Origin: an uncultured Bacillales bacterium
Lineage (GTDB): Bacteria > Bacillota_I > Bacilli_A > RFN20 > CAG-826
Assembly: GCA_947302535.1 (NCBI GenBank)
Contig: CAMYVX010000001.1
Location: forward strand, 64,705 to 128,704
Length of the DNA: 64,000 nucleotides
Reading direction: 5' to 3'
In this document: positions 1-8,455 of the stretch, one piece after another
Layout of the letters: every line of letters starts with the position of its first letter
How positions within the stretch are numbered: position 1 is the stretch's first letter
The notes under the pieces: generated by a model
The model's database searches: none
Told to the model about the DNA's origin: nothing
What the model saw: only the letters and a program-made list of their open reading frames with translations
Translations under genes and position numbers: made by a program

Positions 1-21
1 GATTTCAAGGAATCCAATGTT

Positions 22-216
22 ATGGAGCACCCAAACAAAATAGTGGAGTTTATTAATAATTATAACGATAGGATTAATTGCAAAAACAAAGAACAGTCAT
101 ATGTTATCTATAGATATTTTTCTACAGTAGTGTATGTGGCAATCGCATATGCCAATGGTCTAACAAGAGAAATCGATAACTATGAGAATGTATATTCGTT
201 TTTTAAAGGAAAATAA
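22..216 (+). CDS. hypothetical small protein (64 aa); possibly an immunity or orphan cassette partner of the downstream ORF
   Basis: Complete ORF with no recognisable domain. It is tightly followed by ORF 235..492 on the same strand. Confidence 0.3.
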   Translation: MEHPNKIVEFINNYNDRINCKNKEQSYVIYRYFSTVVYVAIAYANGLTREIDNYENVYSFFKGK

Positions 217-234
217 AGAAAGGAGGGAACTTGC

Positions 235-492
235 ATGCCAAAATATCCAAATAGGATTGTGACGAACAGAAAGTCGCCATCAAATGAAGCTGATTTGATT
301 AATGCTTATAAAGAATTAAACCCTAGAGCTTGTCGAAGAGACAGTCTTGACATTGCTGCCGTTAGAGCAAAAGACGGAACTCCAGGTCATGCTCTACTGA
401 ACCAAAGCATTAACAGAAGCAAGGATAGAGATAACCACATTGGTCAAAACTTTATCCCAGACAAAGAACTCAAAAAACAGATTAAAAAATAG
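235..492 (+). CDS. hypothetical small protein (85 aa) with a His/Asn-rich stretch resembling an HNH-type nuclease tip; possibly an orphan toxin C-terminal module
   Basis: A GGAGGG Shine-Dalgarno sits 8 nt upstream. The segment GHALLNQSINRSKDRDNH loosely matches an H-N-H pattern. The ORF is followed by a rho-independent terminator. Confidence 0.35.
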   Translation: MPKYPNRIVTNRKSPSNEADLINAYKELNPRACRRDSLDIAAVRAKDGTPGHALLNQSINRSKDRDNHIGQNFIPDKELKKQIKK

Positions 493-523
493 AACGGAGA
501 GTAATATATGAGTTCATTCTAAT

Positions 524-557
524 TAAGCAAGTTGCATTATTGTGGCTTGCTTTTTTT
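524..557 (+). terminator. rho-independent terminator
   Basis: Stem AAGCAAG (524-530) pairs with CTTGCTT (546-552) and is followed by a T7 run. Confidence 0.5.
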
Positions 558-711
558 ATGAACACTGGGATTTTTAAAGTCTGTTAGTAATCTTCTTATC
601 TATCACATCCATTATTATTAATTTTTATACTGTATGAATTGGTATAGTCGGACAAGTTTTTGCTCTAAAGGCATATTTCATACTATTATCAGTGTATTTA
701 ACAATTAACAC

Positions 712-733
712 ACTATATTATTGATAATATAGT
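712..733. repeat. perfect 10-bp-arm inverted repeat ACTATATTAT-TG-ATAATATAGT in a convergent intergenic region
   Basis: Read directly from the sequence. Each arm is the exact reverse complement of the other. Confidence 0.5.
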
Positions 734-878
734 ATATAGGCTTAACACACCTCTAATTGGAATTGTTACAGTAGGAATAATTTTATATTTTTAAAAAATA
801 GGGATTATTACAGTCTGTGAAAGACATCCATATACTTGGCTAATTATACAATTATTGTTTATATTTTGTTGCTGATAA

Positions 879-2552
879 TTACAAATTATATGAAATAGTC
901 AATGCGGGCTGCACACACGAACCATTGAATCCAACATAGTCGTTATTTAGTGTTCCGTTTTTATTGTTTCTAGAAGCACATGAACCATTGTTTTCATCTG
1001 TTTCTATTGGCGATCTTGTCCAACAATAACCAGTATGTGGTTTATCTACATCAGTAGAGTATTGCGCAGCATTTGCTCTAGCGTAATCTGTTGTTAAAAA
1101 TCTACGAGCAGGTGTAGCATTTGCTCCTGGGAATCCGTATTTGCTATCTGAATAATCTTTATAACTTAATAGTGTGACCTTATCGAAAGTATTTTCGCAT
1201 TCAAATCCGCTTTCTGGAGTAGCGGTACTAGAGGCGGAGTTATCTACTTCCATTGTTTGGATATTTTCTTTATTAAAGACAAATGTATTGTTATAGAAGC
1301 TATCATTTAGCCAGCTTCGTACTTCGCTATATTTGTAGTTATTTGGCATGATGGTTTTACCATCTATTTCTCTAGGACCACCGAAGTGGTAGCGTCTTAC
1401 TTCAATGAGTTTCTCGCTTAATAAGAAATAACTACTATCTTCGTTTTCAAGTACTCTCCAAGAGAGTGGTTCGACCTTAAACCAATATTCATTATCTTCA
1501 ATGATTTCATCGCCATTATCAAAATTACGGAGTGGTAAGGTTTCACCTGTTTCCATATCTTTTGCTATTTTAGCTTTTCTCTTCGCGTAGTATTCATGGT
1601 TGTAATAATAGTAACCATCAATCGTGGTTAATTCAGAGCTATTTAATTTATTAATTAAATCCTCGTCATTGACATTACTTTGTGGGTACATACCATATTT
1701 AACATATTTATTACTATCACCATAAATGGATGGTACTACACCGTGTTCTAAGTTCCACTCATGTTCTTCTTCGTCGTTCATGTAATGGGAATTAATGTAT
1801 GTAATATCATCTTTTAAAGTAAATGTATATTCTGTGTCTTCTGAGAGAAGATTATCTTCATTGTCATACCAACCAGTAAACAAATGATATTTCTTATCAG
1901 TAGGGATATTTTTAACTGTTACTTTGTTGATATCTTCTTCATCACCATAAACATAAATAGTACCTTTAGATTCATCTTCACTGTTGATGATTAGTCCATC
2001 AATCCATCTGGCAGTTAAGACTAAGTTACCAGTCATACCTTTTTTAATGGAGTCGACTCTATTGCCATCTTGGGAGAACCAACCCGCAAAGATATTAGCG
2101 AATTTCACTGGTCTAATTAATTCAAACTCACTATTGATGTTATATGAGGTTGGATATGTTTCTGTTGGGGCTTCTCCACCAAGGAAACGATATTCAATCG
2201 TGTACGTATCATAATCCCAAGTTGTTTTTAATGTCATATCACTTTTAACTGTATATGAATCAAATAACCAAGGCTTATCTTCATATAGCCATTCATCAAC
2301 ATGATATCCACGTTTAATTGGATCTTCTGGCTTAGTGATTTTATCACCTTCATTAACTGTGATATCAGCAATAGGTGTTCCACCTTGAGTATCAAATGAT
2401 ACAGTATAAGTAGTGGTAACAACATCTTCTGGCTCATCATCTTTACTGCCACCTGAACTCTTATTTGTGCCAGTAGCAAAAGCAATAATCCCGATGGTTA
2501 TTGATGTTATTAATAACGAAGATATAACAATAATTAGTTTTTTCTTATCCAT
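879..2552 (-). CDS. membrane-anchored surface protein with Listeria-Bacteroides (Flg_new-type) repeat domains and a Cys-containing C-terminal domain
   Basis: N-terminal transmembrane/signal segment LIIVISSLLITSITIGIIAF. Repeat segments such as YTVSFDTQGGTPIAD...GYHVDEWLY and YTIEYRFLGG...FAGWFSQDGNRV fit the F/Y-x-G-W consensus of Listeria-Bacteroides repeats. Confidence 0.65.
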   Translation of the reverse strand: MDKKKLIIVISSLLITSITIGIIAFATGTNKSSGGSKDDEPEDVVTTTYTVSFDTQGGTPIADITVNEGDKITKPEDPIKRGYHVDEWLYEDKPWLFDSYTVKSDMTLKTTWDYDTYTIEYRFLGGEAPTETYPTSYNINSEFELIRPVKFANIFAGWFSQDGNRVDSIKKGMTGNLVLTARWIDGLIINSEDESKGTIYVYGDEEDINKVTVKNIPTDKKYHLFTGWYDNEDNLLSEDTEYTFTLKDDITYINSHYMNDEEEHEWNLEHGVVPSIYGDSNKYVKYGMYPQSNVNDEDLINKLNSSELTTIDGYYYYNHEYYAKRKAKIAKDMETGETLPLRNFDNGDEIIEDNEYWFKVEPLSWRVLENEDSSYFLLSEKLIEVRRYHFGGPREIDGKTIMPNNYKYSEVRSWLNDSFYNNTFVFNKENIQTMEVDNSASSTATPESGFECENTFDKVTLLSYKDYSDSKYGFPGANATPARRFLTTDYARANAAQYSTDVDKPHTGYCWTRSPIETDENNGSCASRNNKNGTLNNDYVGFNGSCVQPALTISYNL

Positions 2553-2618
2553 AATTGTTGTCTATTATACATAAGATAATATAATTTTCAATTATTAAAA
2601 GACATTTTGCTTATCGGC

Positions 2619-3428
2619 TCAATAAATTTCAAGATAGTTACTTTTAAATGTTTTCTGTAGAACAACATCTCCTTTATATCTTGGATTAGAGATAACGCCA
2701 TCATACATTCTGGTTCTAAAGGTTTTAGAAAAGTTTAATGATGCAAAATCTCTTCTCATAAATCTATCAACATCATGCATCTTGATATTAGACACAAAGA
2801 GCATAAATACTGTCCTAATAGCGATAGCTTCTGGTTCATAGATGTAAATCTTAACAAAGCTATCTTTTCTAAATCCTAATATTGGTCTAACTCTTTTAGA
2901 GATATTTCCCGATTCCATTCTTTCATGGATACCAGAGGAAACACGAACCGACTGTTGACGAGATTCTTCCTGCGCTAGAGCGGAATACATGGTTAGCATG
3001 AAATCTAGTTTTGAATTGGAAGCATATAATTCATCAGTTTCAAAGTATACTTCAACACCCAGATTTCTTAATTCGTATATCGCTTGAAGAGTGTTTATCG
3101 TATTTCTACCAAACCTGGACATTTGCTTAACCAAGATAGGATCAATGAGTCCTTCTCAACATTTATCCATCATGTCTTGAAATTCTTCTCTTTTATCTAT
3201 GGATGTACCAGATTCAGTATCCGCAAATATTCCTACAAATTCCCGCGTGTTCTTCTTGAATATTCTTTTATATCTTCCAATTTGAGCATTAAAAGATTCT
3301 AGTTGTTCCTCACTATCAGTGGACACTCTAACATAGGCACAGACTCTTAATTTATGTTCTGGACTGGCTTCTTTTATTAATTCTTTTTCCAACTTCTTAG
3401 TCACTGGAATTATTGTCTTTTTTACCAT
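2619..3428 (-). pseudogene. large serine recombinase (resolvase/invertase family), disrupted by an in-frame stop and truncated C-terminally
   Basis: The N-terminal fragment (3156..3428) contains the catalytic-serine region YVRVSTDSEEQ. The second fragment (2619..3134) carries resolvase motifs (RFGRNT, LRNLGVEVYF) and the start of the recombinase domain. The two fragments are separated by a stop at about 3153. The combined length of about 260 aa falls well short of the 450-550 aa expected. Confidence 0.7.
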
Positions 3429-3597
3429 AGATACCTATAACAGGCATTTTGTATTTCTTTCTTAGAAGAATTATAGCTTCGGCCATCTCAAAAACATCGA
3501 TAACTCCCTTATCGCATAATTCTTCTAAGATATAAAGGCAGATGTTATATTCATATGGAAGTTTTTTATCTAGGATAACCTTGTCTTTATTGTGCAT
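3397..3597 (-). CDS. small hypothetical protein (66 aa), paralog A of a duplicated small ORF
   Basis: About 55% identical to ORF 8158..8394 (DKKLPYEYNICLYILEELCDKGVIDVFEMAEAIILLRKKY versus DKNQPYEYNIAIIILGELSNEGIIDIFDIAEALIKLRKLY). Its 3' end overlaps the recombinase start. Confidence 0.5.
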   Translation of the reverse strand: MHNKDKVILDKKLPYEYNICLYILEELCDKGVIDVFEMAEAIILLRKKYKMPVIGIYGKKDNNSSD

Positions 3598-3676
3598 AGT
3601 GGTGCCCGTTCCTTATGTGTCTATAAATCCATCAAAAAAGAGAGAAGTGCAAGTTGTTTTCAAGTATAATAAAAAC

Positions 3677-4894
3677 ATGAACGATAAATTAGATATTTAT
3701 TTTAGCAAAGTGTTTTGCCGCATGAGACATAAGACTCAACTCTTTAATGGTGCGGCTGATGATCATTATCACACTAGACTTCAGCACACAATCGAAGTTG
3801 AAGAGATTGCTTTAAAAATGGCTAAAAAGTTAATGTATGATAACTCTGCTATTAAATGCGACTTATCGAAAGTATCAAAAATAGCGCTCCTTCATGATAT
3901 CGGTCATACTCCTTTCGGTCATGCTGGTGAAAGAGCTTTGCATGAGATTATTTCTGGGCAATGCTGCAAAGAACATAATCTTCCAGATTTTAATAAATTA
4001 GGAGTTATTATTGGTTTCAAACATAATATTAATTCCGGACTTCTTTACATAGAAAGCGTCAAATTTGATAATGTCGATTTCGATATTCTTGACGGCATTG
4101 TTAGACACACAAAACTTTATTATGAAAATCAACAAGATTTGGATTACGGTTTTAAATACATTTTTCATGAACGCAAAGAATATTATGATAATAAAGGGCC
4201 GAAGACCTTAGAGGGTTTTATAGTTGCTTATGCAGATGAAATTGCCCAAATATGTTCTGATTATTTAGATATTTGTTTAGATAGCCAATCAAAAGGGCTT
4301 GTTCCAATTTCATTTAAATCCAGGCCGTTCACAAACCTTAGTGTTTCTTCTTCTGAAAAAAGAGTCGAGGCAAAAGCGGCTTGCGATTATTTGATTGATT
4401 TGTTTGCTGATTGTTTCAAACAAACCGATTCATTTTCGAAATTCAATGATAATGAATTCCTTAGTGTTTTAGATGAATTTGATGAGGCAAGAAAGAATTA
4501 TATTAAATCCAACAAATCCATCATTAAATATGATGATGAAAAATCAAAATTGATTAAATCTCTTTTTGCGTTTTATTACAATAATCCTGATGAAATTACA
4601 AACGATTTCTTTGATGACTTTGTATATAGATCTAGAAGAATAGAATATGAGACAAAGTTAGTTCTAAATGATGTTTCATTTCATACAGCAAACAAAAAGG
4701 AAACAATTAAATTTATTGAAAGAGTTTATTCAATTATTTCTGAACAAATAAGTGGCGAGCAACTAACTAATAACAACATTAAAGATTATAGAAACGTTTT
4801 TAAGTTGTATTTAAGAAGTTTGGCAGTTTTTATTTCAAAGATGACAGATAATTATGCGGAACACAAGTTTAGTAAAACACTTGACATTAAATAA
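3677..4894 (+). CDS. dGTPase-family (dNTP triphosphohydrolase) HD-domain phosphohydrolase
   Basis: RMRHKTQLF matches the dGTPase N-terminal motif (FRRLQxKTQV). The HD motifs are H..HTIEVEEIA and LLHDIGHTPFGH. I place the start at the internal ATG 3677, not at ORF start 3542, because the longer version would overlap the divergent small ORF. Confidence 0.8.
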   Translation: MNDKLDIYFSKVFCRMRHKTQLFNGAADDHYHTRLQHTIEVEEIALKMAKKLMYDNSAIKCDLSKVSKIALLHDIGHTPFGHAGERALHEIISGQCCKEHNLPDFNKLGVIIGFKHNINSGLLYIESVKFDNVDFDILDGIVRHTKLYYENQQDLDYGFKYIFHERKEYYDNKGPKTLEGFIVAYADEIAQICSDYLDICLDSQSKGLVPISFKSRPFTNLSVSSSEKRVEAKAACDYLIDLFADCFKQTDSFSKFNDNEFLSVLDEFDEARKNYIKSNKSIIKYDDEKSKLIKSLFAFYYNNPDEITNDFFDDFVYRSRRIEYETKLVLNDVSFHTANKKETIKFIERVYSIISEQISGEQLTNNNIKDYRNVFKLYLRSLAVFISKMTDNYAEHKFSKTLDIK

Positions 4895-4948
4895 CATTCA
4901 TCTATAATTTAGATATCAAAAGAGAAGAACTTAATTGTTCTGCAAATG

Positions 4949-4975
4949 AATCTCAGCAATGAGATTTTTTGTTTT
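4949..4975 (+). terminator. rho-independent terminator downstream of the HD gene
   Basis: AATCTCA-GCAA-TGAGATT hairpin followed by TTTTTTGTTTT. Confidence 0.55.
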
Positions 4976-5179
4976 CCATTTAGTTTGACCCATTAAAAAA
5001 TAAACCCCAATAAAACAGTATTTTACAGAATAATAAAAACAAACGGAGTTGAATGATTGCTTTATAAATGATATTTCGAGAATTTAAAGCAATAGATTTT
5101 AGTAGTAACTCTGGACAATTTCATTCCTATTGTAACTCCACTAATTGTCTTTATTATTGCCTAGCAATATACTTTATTT

Positions 5180-7888
5180 ATGAGAAGTTTGAAACTAGAT
5201 GCTAGACAATATATTAAAAACGCCAATGATAATATCGAAAGCAATATAGATTTATTATGTCCTAACCACATAGGTTTATGTGCTCAAAACATATTGGGCC
5301 AATCAAGAAACCTATTGGATGGATTCGCCCTTCTACAATATGGTATAGATTATCCAACTTCCAATATTGACAATGCCTTGAAATTGATTCAAGAGGCTCA
5401 AAAACATTTGACACAAAAAGGCAAGAATTATCGTTGCTTTGTAGACTTGTATTCCTTTTTGCAAGTTTCTGCCTCACATTATACTCAAAACATTTTTGAT
5501 TCTGAATCACTTTTACTGAAGTACTCCGACTATTTATTTGATATTAGAGAATCCGCTAAAACATTATTTGATATTGATATTTTAAGCAACCTCGAAGATT
5601 TTCCATTTTCAAACAAGGAAGATGAAGAATATTATCGTTCCATCAAAGATGTTCTATTAGAGGGCGATGGTGGTGAAAGCACCATCGATCACACATATTA
5701 TATAGAGAGAAGAGTAAGAAGAAGATTCGGTATATACGAATATGTTCTTTCGCCCGCAAACGACAAAAGAACTAAATTTGATCGTTTAACAGCTTTCTCA
5801 TTAACAAAAATCAATGATTCTCATTCTATTAAATGCCGATTTGCCAAAAAGAAATTGATTCACAACGGAATAACAATTCAAATCGTTAAAATTGTTGATT
5901 GGTCGATTTCAATAAGACCATGTGAAATTCAAAAGTTGGCGTTTATTCAGCATCTGGATTTCAAAATCAATAGAAATACATCTGGATATATGCCACTTAT
6001 GGATGCACTAACCGCAAATAATTGCAGTTTGTATGATTTTATTATTTCTCCTTCGTTTGAAAGCGATATTAATGAATTGCTTTTGGATAAAGATAATAAA
6101 ATACGTCGCTTTTTGGAAGAAACACGAAAAAACATTAACACAGATAAAGTTGGTAGTAAGACTTTAAAATATCTTCTCTTTATTTGCTTACATAACATCA
6201 TAAAATATCAAATCATTCGCGATCCAGAAAAACAATTGGGTTATTATAGTTTGAATAATAGGTGCTACGCCTTTGATTCTCACCCATTCTCATTATCACT
6301 CATAAATCATAATCCAAAGTTAAGCGATTTATTAGACTGTTTGCCAGAATACTGCACAAATGAAGAACTACTTAAAAGAACAATTGTTATAAATACAGAA
6401 GATAGAAAGATGCTTTATACACCAGTGAAAGAACTGGATAAGGCATTCAACACTCTTGATTATGCTAAGGAATTTAACAAAATGCTAGTTGAAAAAACAA
6501 AGGGCTTGGCAATTGAATTTTTCAACAACTATGCTTATATCAAGTCTTACGAAGAACATACTATTTCAATTTTAAATGCCTTAATTGCAAAAAGAAGGAT
6601 TGTTGACCCTGACTATGAATCGGTGGCACTGCCCTATATTTCAAGTCTTCGTGATAATGAAATAGATAATGAAAAGATTGATATTCTCAAAAAAGGCTTT
6701 ACAGATTCATCGGTGTTATTAATTAATGGTGCAGCTGGAACCGGCAAGACAACACTAATTAAACATTTTTCCAATATTTTTAAAGATAAGAAAATCTTAT
6801 ACCTATCATGCACTAACTCTTCGGTTCAAAATCTTCAAATTAAAGTTGGCAAATCAGATAATAGAACTTTCATGACTCTTGAGAGATTTAGAAAGAAGAT
6901 GAATACGGGTGGTAACTTTAATTATTCTATTTTAATCGTTGATGAATGTTCTATGGTGGAGAACGAGGCTTTTGATTTTGTTCTAAAGAACATGGATTTT
7001 GAAAAAATGTTGCTCGTAGGTGATGAAAGACAAATCGAATCTATCAAGTTCGGAAACTGGTTCGGTATCGTTAATTCATTGTTAGATTGCGGTTGCGAAT
7101 TAACGTTTACTCACAGGACCACCGACAAAAATTTACAAACTATTTGGGATGCCGTTAGAGAATTAGAACAGCAGGATAGACTTTATGAGAGAATAATTAA
7201 TGCCGGATATCATCATCAATTTGATAGTGATTTATTTATCCCTAAGAGTTCTGATGAAATAATACTTTGTTTAAATTATGATGGTCTTTACGGCATTAAC
7301 AACATTAATAGATATCTCCAAGAAAGCAATCCTAATAGGGCTGTTTCTTGGAAAGTTTGGACTTTTAAAGTGGGTGATAGGGTATTATTTAATGAAAGCT
7401 ATTACTTTAGAGATTATTTTTATAACAATCAAAAAGGCATAATTGAAAGCATCGAAGATGATGATTACTCGGTGACATTTGTTGTATATGTTAATAGTGA
7501 ACCAACCAATAATCACAGTTGTTCTTCTCATGTGCGTTGGATTAAAGAAGAAGATGAAAAAGATTATTACTCAATAAGAATTGATAAGGATGATGACGAT
7601 GACGAAGAAGATAATTCTACAAAAGTATTGGTTGTCCCATTTCAACTTGGGTATGCAATTTCAATTCACAAATCACAAGGTCTTGAGTATGATTCTGTGA
7701 AAGTCATTATGACCAAAGAAGTTGAAGAACAAGTAACACACAACGTGTTTTATACTGCGATTACAAGAGCAAAGAAATTTCTTTCTATTTATTGCGATAA
7801 AGAATCCTTGTCTAGGATTATCAATTCTTTTGAAAAGCAGACCACCAAAAACGACGCTGAAATAATAAAGCGAAAATATAATCTTTAA
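5180..7888 (+). CDS. SF1B RecD/Pif1-like DNA helicase (AAA_30 + UvrD_C_2 type) with an uncharacterised ~430-aa N-terminal region
   Basis: Walker A LLINGAAGTGKTT. Motif II ILIVDECSMV. Motif III LLVGDERQIES. Motif V AISIHKSQGLEYDSV. Motif VI YTAITRAKKFLSIY. The N-terminal 430 aa has no motif I recognise. There is an acidic insertion DKDDDDDEEDNS. Confidence 0.75.
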   Translation: MRSLKLDARQYIKNANDNIESNIDLLCPNHIGLCAQNILGQSRNLLDGFALLQYGIDYPTSNIDNALKLIQEAQKHLTQKGKNYRCFVDLYSFLQVSASHYTQNIFDSESLLLKYSDYLFDIRESAKTLFDIDILSNLEDFPFSNKEDEEYYRSIKDVLLEGDGGESTIDHTYYIERRVRRRFGIYEYVLSPANDKRTKFDRLTAFSLTKINDSHSIKCRFAKKKLIHNGITIQIVKIVDWSISIRPCEIQKLAFIQHLDFKINRNTSGYMPLMDALTANNCSLYDFIISPSFESDINELLLDKDNKIRRFLEETRKNINTDKVGSKTLKYLLFICLHNIIKYQIIRDPEKQLGYYSLNNRCYAFDSHPFSLSLINHNPKLSDLLDCLPEYCTNEELLKRTIVINTEDRKMLYTPVKELDKAFNTLDYAKEFNKMLVEKTKGLAIEFFNNYAYIKSYEEHTISILNALIAKRRIVDPDYESVALPYISSLRDNEIDNEKIDILKKGFTDSSVLLINGAAGTGKTTLIKHFSNIFKDKKILYLSCTNSSVQNLQIKVGKSDNRTFMTLERFRKKMNTGGNFNYSILIVDECSMVENEAFDFVLKNMDFEKMLLVGDERQIESIKFGNWFGIVNSLLDCGCELTFTHRTTDKNLQTIWDAVRELEQQDRLYERIINAGYHHQFDSDLFIPKSSDEIILCLNYDGLYGINNINRYLQESNPNRAVSWKVWTFKVGDRVLFNESYYFRDYFYNNQKGIIESIEDDDYSVTFVVYVNSEPTNNHSCSSHVRWIKEEDEKDYYSIRIDKDDDDDEEDNSTKVLVVPFQLGYAISIHKSQGLEYDSVKVIMTKEVEEQVTHNVFYTAITRAKKFLSIYCDKESLSRIINSFEKQTTKNDAEIIKRKYNL

Positions 7889-8157
7889 AAAACAGATAAA
7901 ACAACAACATAATTACAGCATTAATTCTTAAAAGAGGAATAGTGGCTAAAGGCAATCATAAAGTTTTAGCGACTTATGTTATTCACTGTAATAGTAAGAA
8001 CTCTAATAAATCTAAATTAGTTAAATCTATGTATCGTGTATATCATGAATCGCAAGGATTTAATTGGCCAAAGAGTTGGATATATGTATTTAGGATATGC
8101 ATTATATAGCGAGAAAAAACATAGGGATGTCAGATAGATTATAAAAACGACATATGG

Positions 8158-8394
8158 CTAGTGTTTGTCATAGAGTTTACTTATGGTTTGTAGCTGACAT
8201 AGACAAACACTCGCCGAGATATTTATAAATGGGAGATTATATAGTTTCCTTAATTTAATAAGAGCTTCCGCTATATCGAAAATATCTATTATTCCTTCAT
8301 TAGATAGTTCACCAAGTATGATTATGGCTATGTTGTATTCATATGGCTGATTCTTATCGATTACGAATCTATTTTTCTCTCTTTGCTTTCCCAT
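8158..8394 (-). CDS. small hypothetical protein (78 aa), paralog B of the duplicated small ORF
   Basis: Paralogous to 3397..3597. It is divergently oriented 61 bp from the STAND gene. No recombinase ORF lies downstream of it. Confidence 0.5.
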   Translation of the reverse strand: MGKQREKNRFVIDKNQPYEYNIAIIILGELSNEGIIDIFDIAEALIKLRKLYNLPFINISASVCLCQLQTISKLYDKH

Positions 8395-8455
8395 ATGTCT
8401 ATAAGTTGATCAAAAAGAAAAGTAATTCAAGTCATTTTGAAATATAATTATTAGC

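Noticed and set aside
3542-3676. Upstream 45-codon extension of the HD/dGTPase ORF
   Set aside because: It overlaps the divergent small ORF and is hydrophobic junk. dGTPase homology starts at the internal Met (3677).
7889-8157. Possible second recombinase remnant downstream of small ORF copy B
   Set aside because: Six-frame reading of the reverse strand shows no resolvase-like residues, only stop-rich AT sequence.
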